A stretch of 64,000 nucleotides of DNA from a virus (IMGVR_UViG_3300029288_000097:32001-96000), one strand, 5' to 3'. Counted from the first letter of the stretch, positions 19,549-29,410 are shown. The notes: generated by a model from the sequence alone, not told the origin. A program made the numbers and translations.

Positions 19549-19647
19549 GCTATGTACTTTTTCCAAATAATTTTTTTGATAGGACACCCTATTCGCTTGC
19601 AAGTTTGTTAAGCTAGATTCAGCGACTCATAAAAGGAGCGATTTGCT

Positions 19648-22600
19648 ATGGCAGAAACACTGTTAGCAATGGCCCGAGCATTACCGCTCTTGCTCGAAGA
19701 CCAAGGGATTAAGAAACGTAAAGACGTTAGCCCCAAGGAAGGCGAGAAAGAATACGGTGATGTGACCTTTGCTGATCCAACGAACAAGAAGTATCCGTTG
19801 GATTCTGAGAAGCACGTCAAGGCTGCCTGGAGCTATATTAACATGCCTCGGAATGCAGGTAAGTATAGTTCCAAGGACTTGGGTGCTATCAAGGGCCGAA
19901 TCAAAAGAGCTGCCAAGAAGTTCGGAGTTGCTATATCGGAAGATCAGGACTTCGGTTATGATATTCCGATAACCCAGGATCATTACCACTTGTATGGTTC
20001 GGTGGAAGATGTCCTTACCCGTATCAATCTGGCGTTTCACCAGTGGAGACGCACGCTAGAAAGTGAGATCGAGTATCGTTACAGCTCAATACTGGGCGTT
20101 TACACCGATCATATCGTTTTCTACACAGATAATTGGCGGGAGGGATTGATCTACTACACAGTCAGCTATACGGTTGACACCACCAATGGGAGTGTCACCA
20201 TTCTCAATGACGTTAATCGCGTGGATGTGACTGTGATAGTTACCGATCTTGCCAGTGTTGGTGACGATGGGGATGGCAATGCTCCAACTCAAACCGCTAC
20301 GGAGGACAAAGCGATGGCTGAGGACAAGAAAACCCCAGAAGTCGAAGCACAGGATGGAAGTACCAGCACGACAGTTGTTAAGACTGATGCCCCTGTGGGT
20401 ACCAGTGCTGACAGCCCGACTGTTGAACAGCCTAAGACTGATGCTTCGTCTGCTGGACCATCCGTACCGGATGCCTCAACTGAGGCCACCAGCGGCTCTC
20501 CGGTCGAGAAGTCTGATGACATTCCGGTCGGTCCGAGCGGTAGCGATGGTAGCAGCACCGGCACGGTAGCGGGTGCACTCTCTGATGGTGGAGCTGGCAC
20601 AAAGCAAGCACAGGAGTTCGAGGGCAAAGACGAGTTCTTTGTTCAATCGGATAACTATGATGCTGCAAACCAGCCCATGAGTTACATCAAACTCCAAGCA
20701 GTCGAGGAGAAAGATGGTAAAAAACTCATGACCATCCAAGGCATTGCCACTAGGGGTGACATTGTGAACTCCAAGGGGCAGGTCTACCCAACCGAAGTAT
20801 GGCAAGAAAACTTGCCGAGAATGAACGAATTGGCAACTCAAGGTAAGTTCCTTGGGAAGCTGGAACATCCGAAAGTTGAGCAAGGGCTGGTTGACGCTGC
20901 TCTTAAGTTCAACAAGTTCTGGATACAGAACAATGACGTTTGGTTTGAGGCAGTAGTTATGCCTACGGAACCGGACGGCAAGAATCTGCAGACCATGATC
21001 GAATCGGGTGTGCAGGTTGATCTTAGCTCTCGTGGCTATGGTCAATTTGTTCAGTGTGATTGGCGCGGAAAGCAGCGACAAGTCATGCAAAAAGGCTTCA
21101 TCTGCACAGCTATCGATGCTGTATGGATGGGTGCCAGCACCGGTTCCGGTGTAACAAGCGTCACATATCAAAGCGACTCAAAAACGGTCGCGGATCAAGG
21201 AGACAGTCCAGTGGACAAAGAGAAGAAGGACGAAACCCAGGTTCAGTCTGCTGAGGATCGTGCAGCAGCTATCCGAGCAAAGGGTGCCTTCGATGAGACT
21301 AAAAAGTGCCTCCTTCAGCAGTCCGGCCTTAGCACGGACGGGCAGAGGGCATATCAGGCCGCCCTTGATAAGGCGACCGATGGTAGCATTGAGTCTCTGA
21401 TGGGTGCATCCGATGCAATCTTGCCGAGTTTACAGTCGGTATTCCCGGTAACTCAGTCTGAGACGACCGAGGAAGCCGCAACTCAGTCCGAGACCTACTC
21501 TCCGGTATTCTTCTCCAAGCAGAATGCCGAGGAGTTGGCACCGAAGACAGTTGGCGAGATGATCGACAGAATGGTACGCGACCTGCCGGAGCGTTATGAG
21601 GGTCAGTCTGATCCGGTGCATAAGGTGCCTTCACACCTTACCAGCCCGAGAGAAGCCTGCCGTCTGATGCTTCAGAATGTCGCTCGACTTACTGCGCCTT
21701 CATTCCATGGCCCATCCGCAGCTCGCGGACTCTTGGCCCTGGAACAGGGCAAGATTGACAGAGCACAGGACATCCTCACTCAGGGTGCCGAGTATGCTCT
21801 GCAGTCACTTCCAACCGGAGCAACTACGGTTGCTGGAGACGGTGCTCCGCTCTCCAATTATCTGATCTTCCCGCTCATTCGCCGGGTGTTCCCGCAGTAC
21901 ATCCTGAACGAGATCGCTTCGATCCAGCCTATGGATAGGCCGAACGGTAAGATTTTCTGGCTTGACCAGTATCGAACCGAAGACCCGTCTGCAGGTGAGG
22001 TCACCCGAATCGATCTCAACACATCGTCCAGCCCGTTCAATACGAGCTATGCCGATCAGGACACTGAAGGCGAAACTGCCAAGATCATCCGCATGAAACT
22101 GTCCAGTCAGTTGATCGAAGCGCATACCAAGAAATTGGGTGCAGCCTGGTCAATTGAAGAGATGCAGGATTTGAGAGCCTATCATGGTCTCGATGCTGCA
22201 CAGGAGCTTCTTGCAGGTGTGGCACGTGAGCTGGCATTGGAGATCAATGCTGAAGTTCTCAACGACATGATTCTTCAGGCTTCCGCTGGAGCCCTGGAGT
22301 TTGGAACCACAATGCCGACAACTGGTTTTGATAACCAGCCGGAGTGGGATGCTTACATCTGGAACTATGTGTCCAAGATGGAAAACATCATCTTCAGCAA
22401 GCGCAACGGTGGGATCACTCACCTGATCTGCGGTATGGACGCCGCTCTCGCTCTCGCTAAGTCGAACCGAATGGCAATCTCGGTTGCCACTGGTGGCGAT
22501 GGTGCAATGAACGAGCAGTATCCGGGTGTGGCCGTCATGAATCTGGTTTCTGGCACCGGTCAGAGATACCGTATTCTGAAGACCAACTTCTGGGGTAGTG

Positions 22601-22824
22601 GCACCACCAATGGTGCTAAGATCATGGCGTTCCGAAGAGGAACCGAGTGGAATGACGTTCCTTACGTCTACGCGCCGTACGCGGACTTCACCACTCCGAT
22701 GTTCACTGACCCGCTGACATTCGATCAGAAGCAGGGTGTTATGTCTCGCTTCGCCAAGAAGTGCGTGACCCCTGATGCTATCGGAACCATCGAGGTCAAG
22801 AACCAGACTGGCGCACTCGTCTAA
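19648..22824 (+). CDS. Head polyprotein: DUF6582-like domain, acidic linker, T4 gp21-like prohead protease, scaffold, gp23-like major capsid protein
   Basis: FADP.NKKYPLD.E.HV.AAWSY; GKLEHP / SSRGYG / DAV protease motifs; PLIRRVFP..I..EI.SIQPM..P.G.IF, KKL.A.WS.E..QDL.AYHGLDA..EL and YVYAPY gp23 motifs. Confidence 0.92.
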   Translation: MAETLLAMARALPLLLEDQGIKKRKDVSPKEGEKEYGDVTFADPTNKKYPLDSEKHVKAAWSYINMPRNAGKYSSKDLGAIKGRIKRAAKKFGVAISEDQDFGYDIPITQDHYHLYGSVEDVLTRINLAFHQWRRTLESEIEYRYSSILGVYTDHIVFYTDNWREGLIYYTVSYTVDTTNGSVTILNDVNRVDVTVIVTDLASVGDDGDGNAPTQTATEDKAMAEDKKTPEVEAQDGSTSTTVVKTDAPVGTSADSPTVEQPKTDASSAGPSVPDASTEATSGSPVEKSDDIPVGPSGSDGSSTGTVAGALSDGGAGTKQAQEFEGKDEFFVQSDNYDAANQPMSYIKLQAVEEKDGKKLMTIQGIATRGDIVNSKGQVYPTEVWQENLPRMNELATQGKFLGKLEHPKVEQGLVDAALKFNKFWIQNNDVWFEAVVMPTEPDGKNLQTMIESGVQVDLSSRGYGQFVQCDWRGKQRQVMQKGFICTAIDAVWMGASTGSGVTSVTYQSDSKTVADQGDSPVDKEKKDETQVQSAEDRAAAIRAKGAFDETKKCLLQQSGLSTDGQRAYQAALDKATDGSIESLMGASDAILPSLQSVFPVTQSETTEEAATQSETYSPVFFSKQNAEELAPKTVGEMIDRMVRDLPERYEGQSDPVHKVPSHLTSPREACRLMLQNVARLTAPSFHGPSAARGLLALEQGKIDRAQDILTQGAEYALQSLPTGATTVAGDGAPLSNYLIFPLIRRVFPQYILNEIASIQPMDRPNGKIFWLDQYRTEDPSAGEVTRIDLNTSSSPFNTSYADQDTEGETAKIIRMKLSSQLIEAHTKKLGAAWSIEEMQDLRAYHGLDAAQELLAGVARELALEINAEVLNDMILQASAGALEFGTTMPTTGFDNQPEWDAYIWNYVSKMENIIFSKRNGGITHLICGMDAALALAKSNRMAISVATGGDGAMNEQYPGVAVMNLVSGTGQRYRILKTNFWGSGTTNGAKIMAFRRGTEWNDVPYVYAPYADFTTPMFTDPLTFDQKQGVMSRFAKKCVTPDAIGTIEVKNQTGALV

Positions 22825-22848
22825 ACCCGAGTCGTCACTGTGAGAAGC

Positions 22849-22880
22849 AAAGCCCCGGACTATATATAGTCTGGGGCTTT
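22849..22880 (+). terminator. Intrinsic terminator after the capsid gene
   Basis: AAAGCCCCGGACTA/TAGTCTGGGGCTTT. Confidence 0.85.
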
Positions 22881-22896
22881 GTGCTATAATGAAGCC

Positions 22897-23094
22897 ATGA
22901 GATATGTCCTGAATCCAACAAACAACCCAAGATACTATGGTACAAGCACAGTAATCCCAGCACACAATTATGGTGTTGTCAGCGATGAACAAGCAGATTT
23001 ACTAAGCAAGCCTGTTCTGGTTGAGGGAAGTTCTGAGTTCAGGCCATTGTTCGTGTCCAATGATCCGGGCCGAACACCAAATCAAATACCATAA
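22897..23094 (+). CDS. Small hypothetical protein, probably leaderless
   Basis: TGCTATAAT ends 6 nt before ATG 22897; no SD sequence. Confidence 0.6.
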   Translation: MRYVLNPTNNPRYYGTSTVIPAHNYGVVSDEQADLLSKPVLVEGSSEFRPLFVSNDPGRTPNQIP

Positions 23095-23105
23095 GGAGAC
23101 AGATC

Positions 23106-23450
23106 ATGGCAAGCATGAAAGACAATGTAACCAGCATCATTAACTGGCTACACCAGGCTATCGACATGCTTATCGTCCTCATCAGAGGTGGTAAAATTGA
23201 AGAGGCCGTCGAGTTGATCCAAGATGTACGTGATGTCATCTCGTCCTATCTTGGTGTCTTTCAGAGTTTCGTTCCAGACAATGCCATTACGACTATGCCT
23301 GGTAACTTCTGGAAGAAGCTGAAATGGATCGCGGATAATACTGGTTGGATTCAAGCTCTTGCACTTCTCACCAGTAGCACCAATCCATTTGAAGCATCAA
23401 AGACACGAGCAGCTGCCGTGGCCTCAAAGTGGGGCTTTACGACAACGTAA
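23106..23450 (+). CDS. Hypothetical helical protein (possible head component)
   Basis: TAAGGAG RBS; lies in the head region. Confidence 0.7.
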   Translation: MASMKDNVTSIINWLHQAIDMLIVLIRGGKIEEAVELIQDVRDVISSYLGVFQSFVPDNAITTMPGNFWKKLKWIADNTGWIQALALLTSSTNPFEASKTRAAAVASKWGFTTT

Positions 23451-23488
23451 CCACTTCCCTCGATGATGGGAAGCAAGGAGGAAGTACA

Positions 23489-24415
23489 ATGTATCGAATC
23501 ATAATTGTAATGCTGGCAATCTTGCTGAGCTTCACACCATCGAAGGCGAGCGTAGACAAGCTACCTGCCTCACATGATGACCACGTGAGGCAGGTAGAAG
23601 CTGCCAAGACTGCTACCCATAGTGACCCGCCATGGGCTGAACGAGAAGGAACAATAAAGCATGCTTTGACTTTAACCGATGGCAGTTCTGTATCACTCGA
23701 TTGTGTGCGTGTAGCTGCAATCTATAAGACTCCAAAAGAATACTTTGTCATCACTGAATGGTGGGATAATAGCGAAGATCATGCGATCATAGTAAATCAC
23801 GCAGCAGCCACAACTATGCTCCCCGGACAAACCATTGATGTAAGTGGCACAATCAGCTCCCTATCCGATGGAAGACGCCTTATAGATTATCCTCGTGTCC
23901 TTGGCTATACAGACAAAGAGGGCACTCTACTTGTTAAAGGTGGCCCATGTATAAAAGGCATCGATAAGCCTGTAGAATGGGCCTGGAAGACTGTACTTTT
24001 TACAACTACTCAGCCAAAAACCTACAAGACAGCAACTTCTAAAGTGGGTGTTAGAGCTGTAACAGCAACTACACTTGACTCAAGTCCCTACTCGATTAAA
24101 GGTCTAACCACATATGAGACTATTCAGGCTCTCATTGATGCAAAGCCAGCAGAGGGTGCATGGGTAAGATTACGTAAGTTGAATATCCATCTAACAGCCA
24201 CAGACGACACAAATGGACATTATCTTGTGGTTACTGACAAAAGCGATCAATACCTCCAGGTATTCACTACAGCTGCCCCTAAAGTCTCCACAGCACGAGT
24301 TGGACGCCTTATTGGTAAAGTGCACCTGTTGGACGAGAAGATAGTTTTACTGGTTGACAGTGGGCCGACATTTGATGCACAATTGGGCACCGGTGACATC
24401 TGGATTATCGACTAG
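23489..24415 (+). CDS. Secreted OB-fold-repeat protein
   Basis: AAGGAGG RBS; signal peptide MYRIIIVMLAILLSFTPSKAS; GQTIDVSGT and LLVDSG OB-type strands; related in style to the next gene. Confidence 0.75.
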   Translation: MYRIIIVMLAILLSFTPSKASVDKLPASHDDHVRQVEAAKTATHSDPPWAEREGTIKHALTLTDGSSVSLDCVRVAAIYKTPKEYFVITEWWDNSEDHAIIVNHAAATTMLPGQTIDVSGTISSLSDGRRLIDYPRVLGYTDKEGTLLVKGGPCIKGIDKPVEWAWKTVLFTTTQPKTYKTATSKVGVRAVTATTLDSSPYSIKGLTTYETIQALIDAKPAEGAWVRLRKLNIHLTATDDTNGHYLVVTDKSDQYLQVFTTAAPKVSTARVGRLIGKVHLLDEKIVLLVDSGPTFDAQLGTGDIWIID

Positions 24416-24423
24416 GAGGCATC

Positions 24424-25545
24424 ATGCGTCGAATATTCCTCGTATTACTGCTCTTATTGAGCATACAGTCAACATGTTTTGCACAGTGGACACCTCCACT
24501 TGGAGAAGCATCTACTGGTGATCCTTTACCATCAGCTCCACCAGCTGAGCATTCTATCGCATGGGCGAAAACCTTAACTGATGGAACTGCTCTCGATGAA
24601 CCTATCATCGATAAGGTTGTAACCCGTACATTCCCTGAGTTTGGCTATTTTTATATTCAGGAAATCGGAGCCGGTTTTGGACTACGAATCAAGTCGGCAG
24701 CTTGTCCTAATCCCGGTGATGTTGTAACAATCACAGCGGGCACTTTACAGACGGTTGAGTGCCAACGCTATGTTGATAGTGCATCTTATACCATATCTGA
24801 GCATAACCATACGTCCTCAGCCGTTGGTATGTCAAACAAAGCATTTGGTGGTGGGGATTTTCTTTATGATGAAGGACCACCCATCAGTGGACAGCAAGGC
24901 TTTTGGGATGGCAATGGCCTAAATACAATCGGCATGCTGGTTCGAGTATGGGGTAAAGTGACAGAAATTGACACCAGGGCCGCTCCGCTTTACTACTTTA
25001 TCGATGATGGCTCTGGCGTAGACATGGCCGTCGATCTCGAAGTTGCCCCAAGCCAACCTATTCCTTTCACAAGTAGTGTTGGTGATTACGTTTCTATAAC
25101 TGGCATAAGTTCATGCTTACCCGTTGACGGCTGGCCTGTAAGAGTTCTTCGTCCTTGTGCTCCATCTGTAAAAATCGCAAAAAGTACGGGTCAATCTGAT
25201 CCGGCCACCAAGAGCCCAATTAAGTTTACAATTACGTTCAGCGAACCTGTCTCGGGATTCGTGAACAGTGATGTTAAGTTTTCGGGTAGTGCCAAGCCAA
25301 CAGCAGCTCAAGTAATAGATAGTGGCGATCATACTTCCTACTCCGTTGAAATAAGTGGGATGTCAGTCACCGGCACAGTCGGTGTAAGATTGGACTATGG
25401 AGCTGCAAAAAGTGTATACTATGAAGGGGACTCCTTATCAGGGGCAACCACCACAATCAACTACCAATCCTACGTGCCCTACCGCACGTTAAATAAACGT
25501 ATGGGTGTAGGAAATGGCAGGTATCAACGTAAACCATTAAAGTGA
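24424..25545 (+). CDS. Secreted protein with tandem OB-fold domains (Armatimonadota surface-protein type) and a C-terminal Ig-like domain
   Basis: Signal peptide; YFYIQE, GDVVTI.AG.L, GLNTIGMLVRVWGKVT, YFIDDGSG and GDYVSITGISS; FTITFSEPVSGF Ig-like motif. Confidence 0.8.
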   Translation: MRRIFLVLLLLLSIQSTCFAQWTPPLGEASTGDPLPSAPPAEHSIAWAKTLTDGTALDEPIIDKVVTRTFPEFGYFYIQEIGAGFGLRIKSAACPNPGDVVTITAGTLQTVECQRYVDSASYTISEHNHTSSAVGMSNKAFGGGDFLYDEGPPISGQQGFWDGNGLNTIGMLVRVWGKVTEIDTRAAPLYYFIDDGSGVDMAVDLEVAPSQPIPFTSSVGDYVSITGISSCLPVDGWPVRVLRPCAPSVKIAKSTGQSDPATKSPIKFTITFSEPVSGFVNSDVKFSGSAKPTAAQVIDSGDHTSYSVEISGMSVTGTVGVRLDYGAAKSVYYEGDSLSGATTTINYQSYVPYRTLNKRMGVGNGRYQRKPLK

Positions 25546-25552
25546 GTAAGCC

Positions 25553-26557
25553 ATGAATGCTGTTCAAAGCACAATAACTTGGTTACCTGCTCTACTACAA
25601 GATAAAGATACAGGTGCAGGCTTAACCGGCATCGTATGGAATGCTTCAGGTATGGTAGTAAAATATCAGAAGCAAGGTAACGGCATTGTCACAAAGACCC
25701 TTACGATAAATGATTGGGCTGAAGGTATAGACGGGTCTTACAATATCCGTTTTACAGCTGCCGAATTAGACACTCTTGGTCTTTTCAGCTATTGGGTATC
25801 TCATCCCAGCTCAACAACATATCCGGGTGCCATAACAGTAGTTGAAGCTATTGCCTCTGATATAGCATCTGAGACTACATTAGATGCTGTAAAGACAGCA
25901 GTTGATGGACTACCTACTGATGTAGCTTCAAGCCAAGCCGTCTCGGAGTTATCCACAAAGATTGATAATATCGATGTGGCTGTCAGTGTACCTGCTGCTC
26001 CAGTTGGAGTTGGGTTTACTGTAAATACAACTCAACGAAAACAGACTTGGGTACCGGTACAATTGACCAATAGTGCGACTGGTTTAGGCATCAGTGGCAT
26101 AACATTCGATCAGGTAACTGTACAGTATCAAAAGCCAGGCGAAGAAGTCACTGTTAAAGTTTTAACTGAGGAACAATGGAGCGAAGGTGTAGATGGCTCC
26201 TATAGCGTATGCTTTATATCAGATGAAATAGATATGCTTGGCACCATGCACTATTGGGTGGAATACTCAACGGCAGCAACATACCCTGGCATTATTCTTG
26301 TCACTGAACCTGGAGCTGGCCCTGGATCAGTTGAAAAAACAATCAGAGTCAGTGTCAAAGGCCAACCTATCGAAAACTGTGAAGTCTGGATAAGTAGTGA
26401 TGCTGCCGGACGTGACAAAATTGCAGGGCCACGTTATACAAATGTGCTTGGTGTAGCAACATTCTACCTTGATCCAGGAGAATACTGGGTACACTATCGC
26501 AAAGCTCGTGAGGTTGAGTACGATAGACAACAATGGAAGGTGACAAGCGATGGCTGA
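25553..26557 (+). CDS. Virion protein with an internally duplicated Ig-like domain and C-terminal beta-sandwich
   Basis: TW.P..L....TG.G..GI...YQK.G....K.LT...W.EG.DGSY...YWV....TYPG.I.V.E occurs twice. Confidence 0.75.
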   Translation: MNAVQSTITWLPALLQDKDTGAGLTGIVWNASGMVVKYQKQGNGIVTKTLTINDWAEGIDGSYNIRFTAAELDTLGLFSYWVSHPSSTTYPGAITVVEAIASDIASETTLDAVKTAVDGLPTDVASSQAVSELSTKIDNIDVAVSVPAAPVGVGFTVNTTQRKQTWVPVQLTNSATGLGISGITFDQVTVQYQKPGEEVTVKVLTEEQWSEGVDGSYSVCFISDEIDMLGTMHYWVEYSTAATYPGIILVTEPGAGPGSVEKTIRVSVKGQPIENCEVWISSDAAGRDKIAGPRYTNVLGVATFYLDPGEYWVHYRKAREVEYDRQQWKVTSDG

Positions 26558-27329
26558 TCTTGATATTCTGGGCTATGCCCCAAATGGTTTAACTGGAGTC
26601 ACAGTCGAACAGATAACGGCCAAGCTTAACGGTCGTAATTTTCCAGTCTCTATGCTCGACATAGATAGCATTCTTGATGATGCTCTTGGTCAGTTGAACC
26701 TATATTCTCCGATTACCATGTTTGCTCTATTCGAGACAGTAGCCGACCAGCAGGATTACTATATATTCGATCCTGATGATCCGATCACGTCTGGATTTGC
26801 TGAGCGAGCAACTGCAATTCGAGAGGTTTACTGGAATCCGACTACAGATTTCTTCGATATTAGCGTATTCTCACCAGGATGGACGGAGTTCAACCAAGTG
26901 CTGCTTCTAGCGACCAGCAACTTCCACCAGCCATCACAGATGATGATTCTTCGTGCTAAGATTCTAAAATGGAAAGATCAATTTGGAGATCAAGGACACG
27001 ACATTATAGGTGCTGTAGGTGAACCTGGCTCAGTTCTACGCTTATACCCTACACCAGTGGATACAGGCACGAAAGTGTTGGTAGAATACTCAGCTGGCAC
27101 TACTCTTGAACTTGTAGCAGCTGCTCAAATATCTGCTCTTATGGATTGGGTATGTTACTATGCAGCTGATGCCCTGGCAAATAAATATGCTACAACGGCA
27201 GGAATCACCTTACTCGGGTTTGCAGACTCTACATCAGCAATGCGTTATTGGGAAAATAAGGCAAAACAGTACAAAGCTGATGCACTCGAACGACAAGGTG
27301 GACTGCATGGAGAGGTAGCACGGTCATGA
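26550..27329 (+). CDS. Head-tail adaptor/neck protein
   Basis: Position; DDAL...N.YSP and LRLYPTP neck-type motifs. Confidence 0.65.
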   Translation: MADLDILGYAPNGLTGVTVEQITAKLNGRNFPVSMLDIDSILDDALGQLNLYSPITMFALFETVADQQDYYIFDPDDPITSGFAERATAIREVYWNPTTDFFDISVFSPGWTEFNQVLLLATSNFHQPSQMMILRAKILKWKDQFGDQGHDIIGAVGEPGSVLRLYPTPVDTGTKVLVEYSAGTTLELVAAAQISALMDWVCYYAADALANKYATTAGITLLGFADSTSAMRYWENKAKQYKADALERQGGLHGEVARS

Positions 27330-27808
27330 CGATCTATGCTGACTCCAGACAAGCAGCAATGCACGCTAGACTTGCACAGGTGCTCGGGGCATTGATCGAG
27401 CAAATGCCTGATAACGTCAAGTTTATCGATCTCTGGCGTCCTGCCGTAGTAGATCATTCGGGTTTCGCTGACGACCAAACTGAAGTTTGGGTACGCATGG
27501 CTGAAAATGTTTTTGCCTTTAAGATGGAAAAAGCCGAACACTGGGTGCATACTCCAGCAGGCAAAGTTATGAAACCTAAAGGCACATATCTTATTCTTGC
27601 CGATGATTATGGACTTATGCCGGACGATCATGTCATACTCGATGGTATACCCTACATTATCGATGAAGAAGAGGCCAATAGTAGTATTCAGAAACTAACA
27701 CTCGATAAACAGGGGAGCCGCTTTGTGCAGCCTACCAGAACTGATGTAGATGGTGTGCCTGCCAGTCTAACATATCGGCAAATAGGTATGAAAGCCAGGA
27801 TAGCATAA
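27326..27808 (+). CDS. Head closure/stopper protein
   Basis: Synteny; DDHVILDGIPYII beta motif. Confidence 0.55.
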   Translation: MTIYADSRQAAMHARLAQVLGALIEQMPDNVKFIDLWRPAVVDHSGFADDQTEVWVRMAENVFAFKMEKAEHWVHTPAGKVMKPKGTYLILADDYGLMPDDHVILDGIPYIIDEEEANSSIQKLTLDKQGSRFVQPTRTDVDGVPASLTYRQIGMKARIA

Positions 27809-28278
27809 TGGCACAGATGTCTCTTCTAAAATCAAAACGAGTTCCCAAAGCATCACTTGATCGACTCTGGAAAGATATACAACAAGCTGAAGTTGAGACA
27901 CTTAATGCGGCAAAACCAGTGGTAAATGAAGTCATTCGCTTTGTAGTAGGAACTCGATACTATGATCTTAAGACTCTTGCTCGTATGGGACATCCTTATG
28001 CAACACATGCTCCTGGTGGCTTAAATCCGGGTGTTATCAATGTCCAGAGTGGTGAGTTCTTTAGATCATTCCGAATAACTGGCCCTGAAGTTACACGATC
28101 TCGAACAACAATTTTTGTATCAAACTCTTCATGGAAAGGTGATCTGCTAATCGCCGGTGGTGGTAGAATGATACCTCGTCCATGGGACACATATTTGATG
28201 TGGCATCTACAAAGAGCACTTCGTCCTAAACTTGGTGCTTTATTTGCTTCACGCTTAAAACTGCGTAAACTTGATTAG
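27808..28278 (+). CDS. HK97 gp10-like tail completion protein
   Basis: Basic protein with SG.F.RS and GG..M.PRP motifs. Confidence 0.65.
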   Translation: MAQMSLLKSKRVPKASLDRLWKDIQQAEVETLNAAKPVVNEVIRFVVGTRYYDLKTLARMGHPYATHAPGGLNPGVINVQSGEFFRSFRITGPEVTRSRTTIFVSNSSWKGDLLIAGGGRMIPRPWDTYLMWHLQRALRPKLGALFASRLKLRKLD

Positions 28279-28288
28279 GTGGTCAACT

Positions 28289-28693
28289 ATGGCTGATGCC
28301 GGAGCATTCATAAATCAAATACGAAGTCGTATAGTAGAACAACCTCAGTTCACAACAGGTTTCAATGCCGAGCTGATCTATCGTCAATACTTGCCGACTG
28401 TAAAAGAGCCCAAGTTTCCTTGCATCACCTTGGTTTATGAAGAAGAAAGCGAGGAAGTATTTGCACCTCTCTCCAATGGTATGCTTTACATTGGAATACA
28501 TAAAAAAGATTTTAATGCGGTACAATCTGCTATCTATTGGATTGGACAATGCCTCCACAACTATATGGTTTCTGTGCCTGACGTAGTTACCATCTTCCAG
28601 TGCCATAAAAAAGGTACACCTCCATCTCCTGTATGGAATGACGATCAACAGTCATGGGGAGCTATGCTCGCCTTTGAAGTGAGATTTGGTTAG
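28289..28693 (+). CDS. Tail terminator protein
   Basis: Synteny before the tube gene; P.FPCIT motif. Confidence 0.65.
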   Translation: MADAGAFINQIRSRIVEQPQFTTGFNAELIYRQYLPTVKEPKFPCITLVYEEESEEVFAPLSNGMLYIGIHKKDFNAVQSAIYWIGQCLHNYMVSVPDVVTIFQCHKKGTPPSPVWNDDQQSWGAMLAFEVRFG

Positions 28694-28779
28694 AAAAATA
28701 GTTCCGACAGGACAGGTCTGACGCTTCCTTTTATGCTAAGCTAGTAGTGGCAAATCCTATAGAAAGGGAGACAAAGCTA

Positions 28780-29376
28780 ATGTCAGTCAACGTAGAGAAC
28801 ATCTCCCTTGGCATCGGTAACCTCGAACTCGGGTCTTTCACAGCCTCAGTATTCGATGGTTATACGGATGTAGGTGCTATCAAGAGTGAAGTAAACATCG
28901 AGCACACCCGCGAAGTGCTGGACTTTGAGTCTGGTCGTCCGCTGGTGACCCTGTTGCAGGAAGTCATTCGTGAATCTGTTACAGTCACAGCGACTCTCGC
29001 GGAACTCAGCCTTGCCACTCTTAAGATGGCCCTCGGCCAGGGGAACATCACATCGGGGACGACTACCTCATTCCTTGACGGATCGTCTGACGCTATGCGG
29101 GGTGATTTGCAATCCGGCAAAGTAGCTCTCGGCACTGGTGATCTGTTCAAGTTTGGTGGAACGCCCACACATGCGTATGTCGGCTTGCGCTTTACTCACC
29201 GTAAAGCCAGCGGAAAGCGACATATCTTTGAGGGCTATAAAGCGTCACCCCAGGGTGCACTTACCCTCCCATTCCGCGAGTCGGACTGGAACACTTATAG
29301 TGTAACGTTCCGACTCCTGGCAGACACGACAAAAGCAGCGGGAGAGCAGTACTACCAGCTCTTTATCGAGACGTAA
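28780..29376 (+). CDS. Major tail tube protein (non-contractile type)
   Basis: About 198 aa, beta-rich; ATLAELSLATL, L.F.E.DW.TYSVTF; followed by chaperones and tape measure; no sheath gene nearby. Confidence 0.85.
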   Translation: MSVNVENISLGIGNLELGSFTASVFDGYTDVGAIKSEVNIEHTREVLDFESGRPLVTLLQEVIRESVTVTATLAELSLATLKMALGQGNITSGTTTSFLDGSSDAMRGDLQSGKVALGTGDLFKFGGTPTHAYVGLRFTHRKASGKRHIFEGYKASPQGALTLPFRESDWNTYSVTFRLLADTTKAAGEQYYQLFIET

Positions 29377-29410
29377 TTAAGTTGAGTTCTGTCGTGCCGG
29401 TATGCTATAC

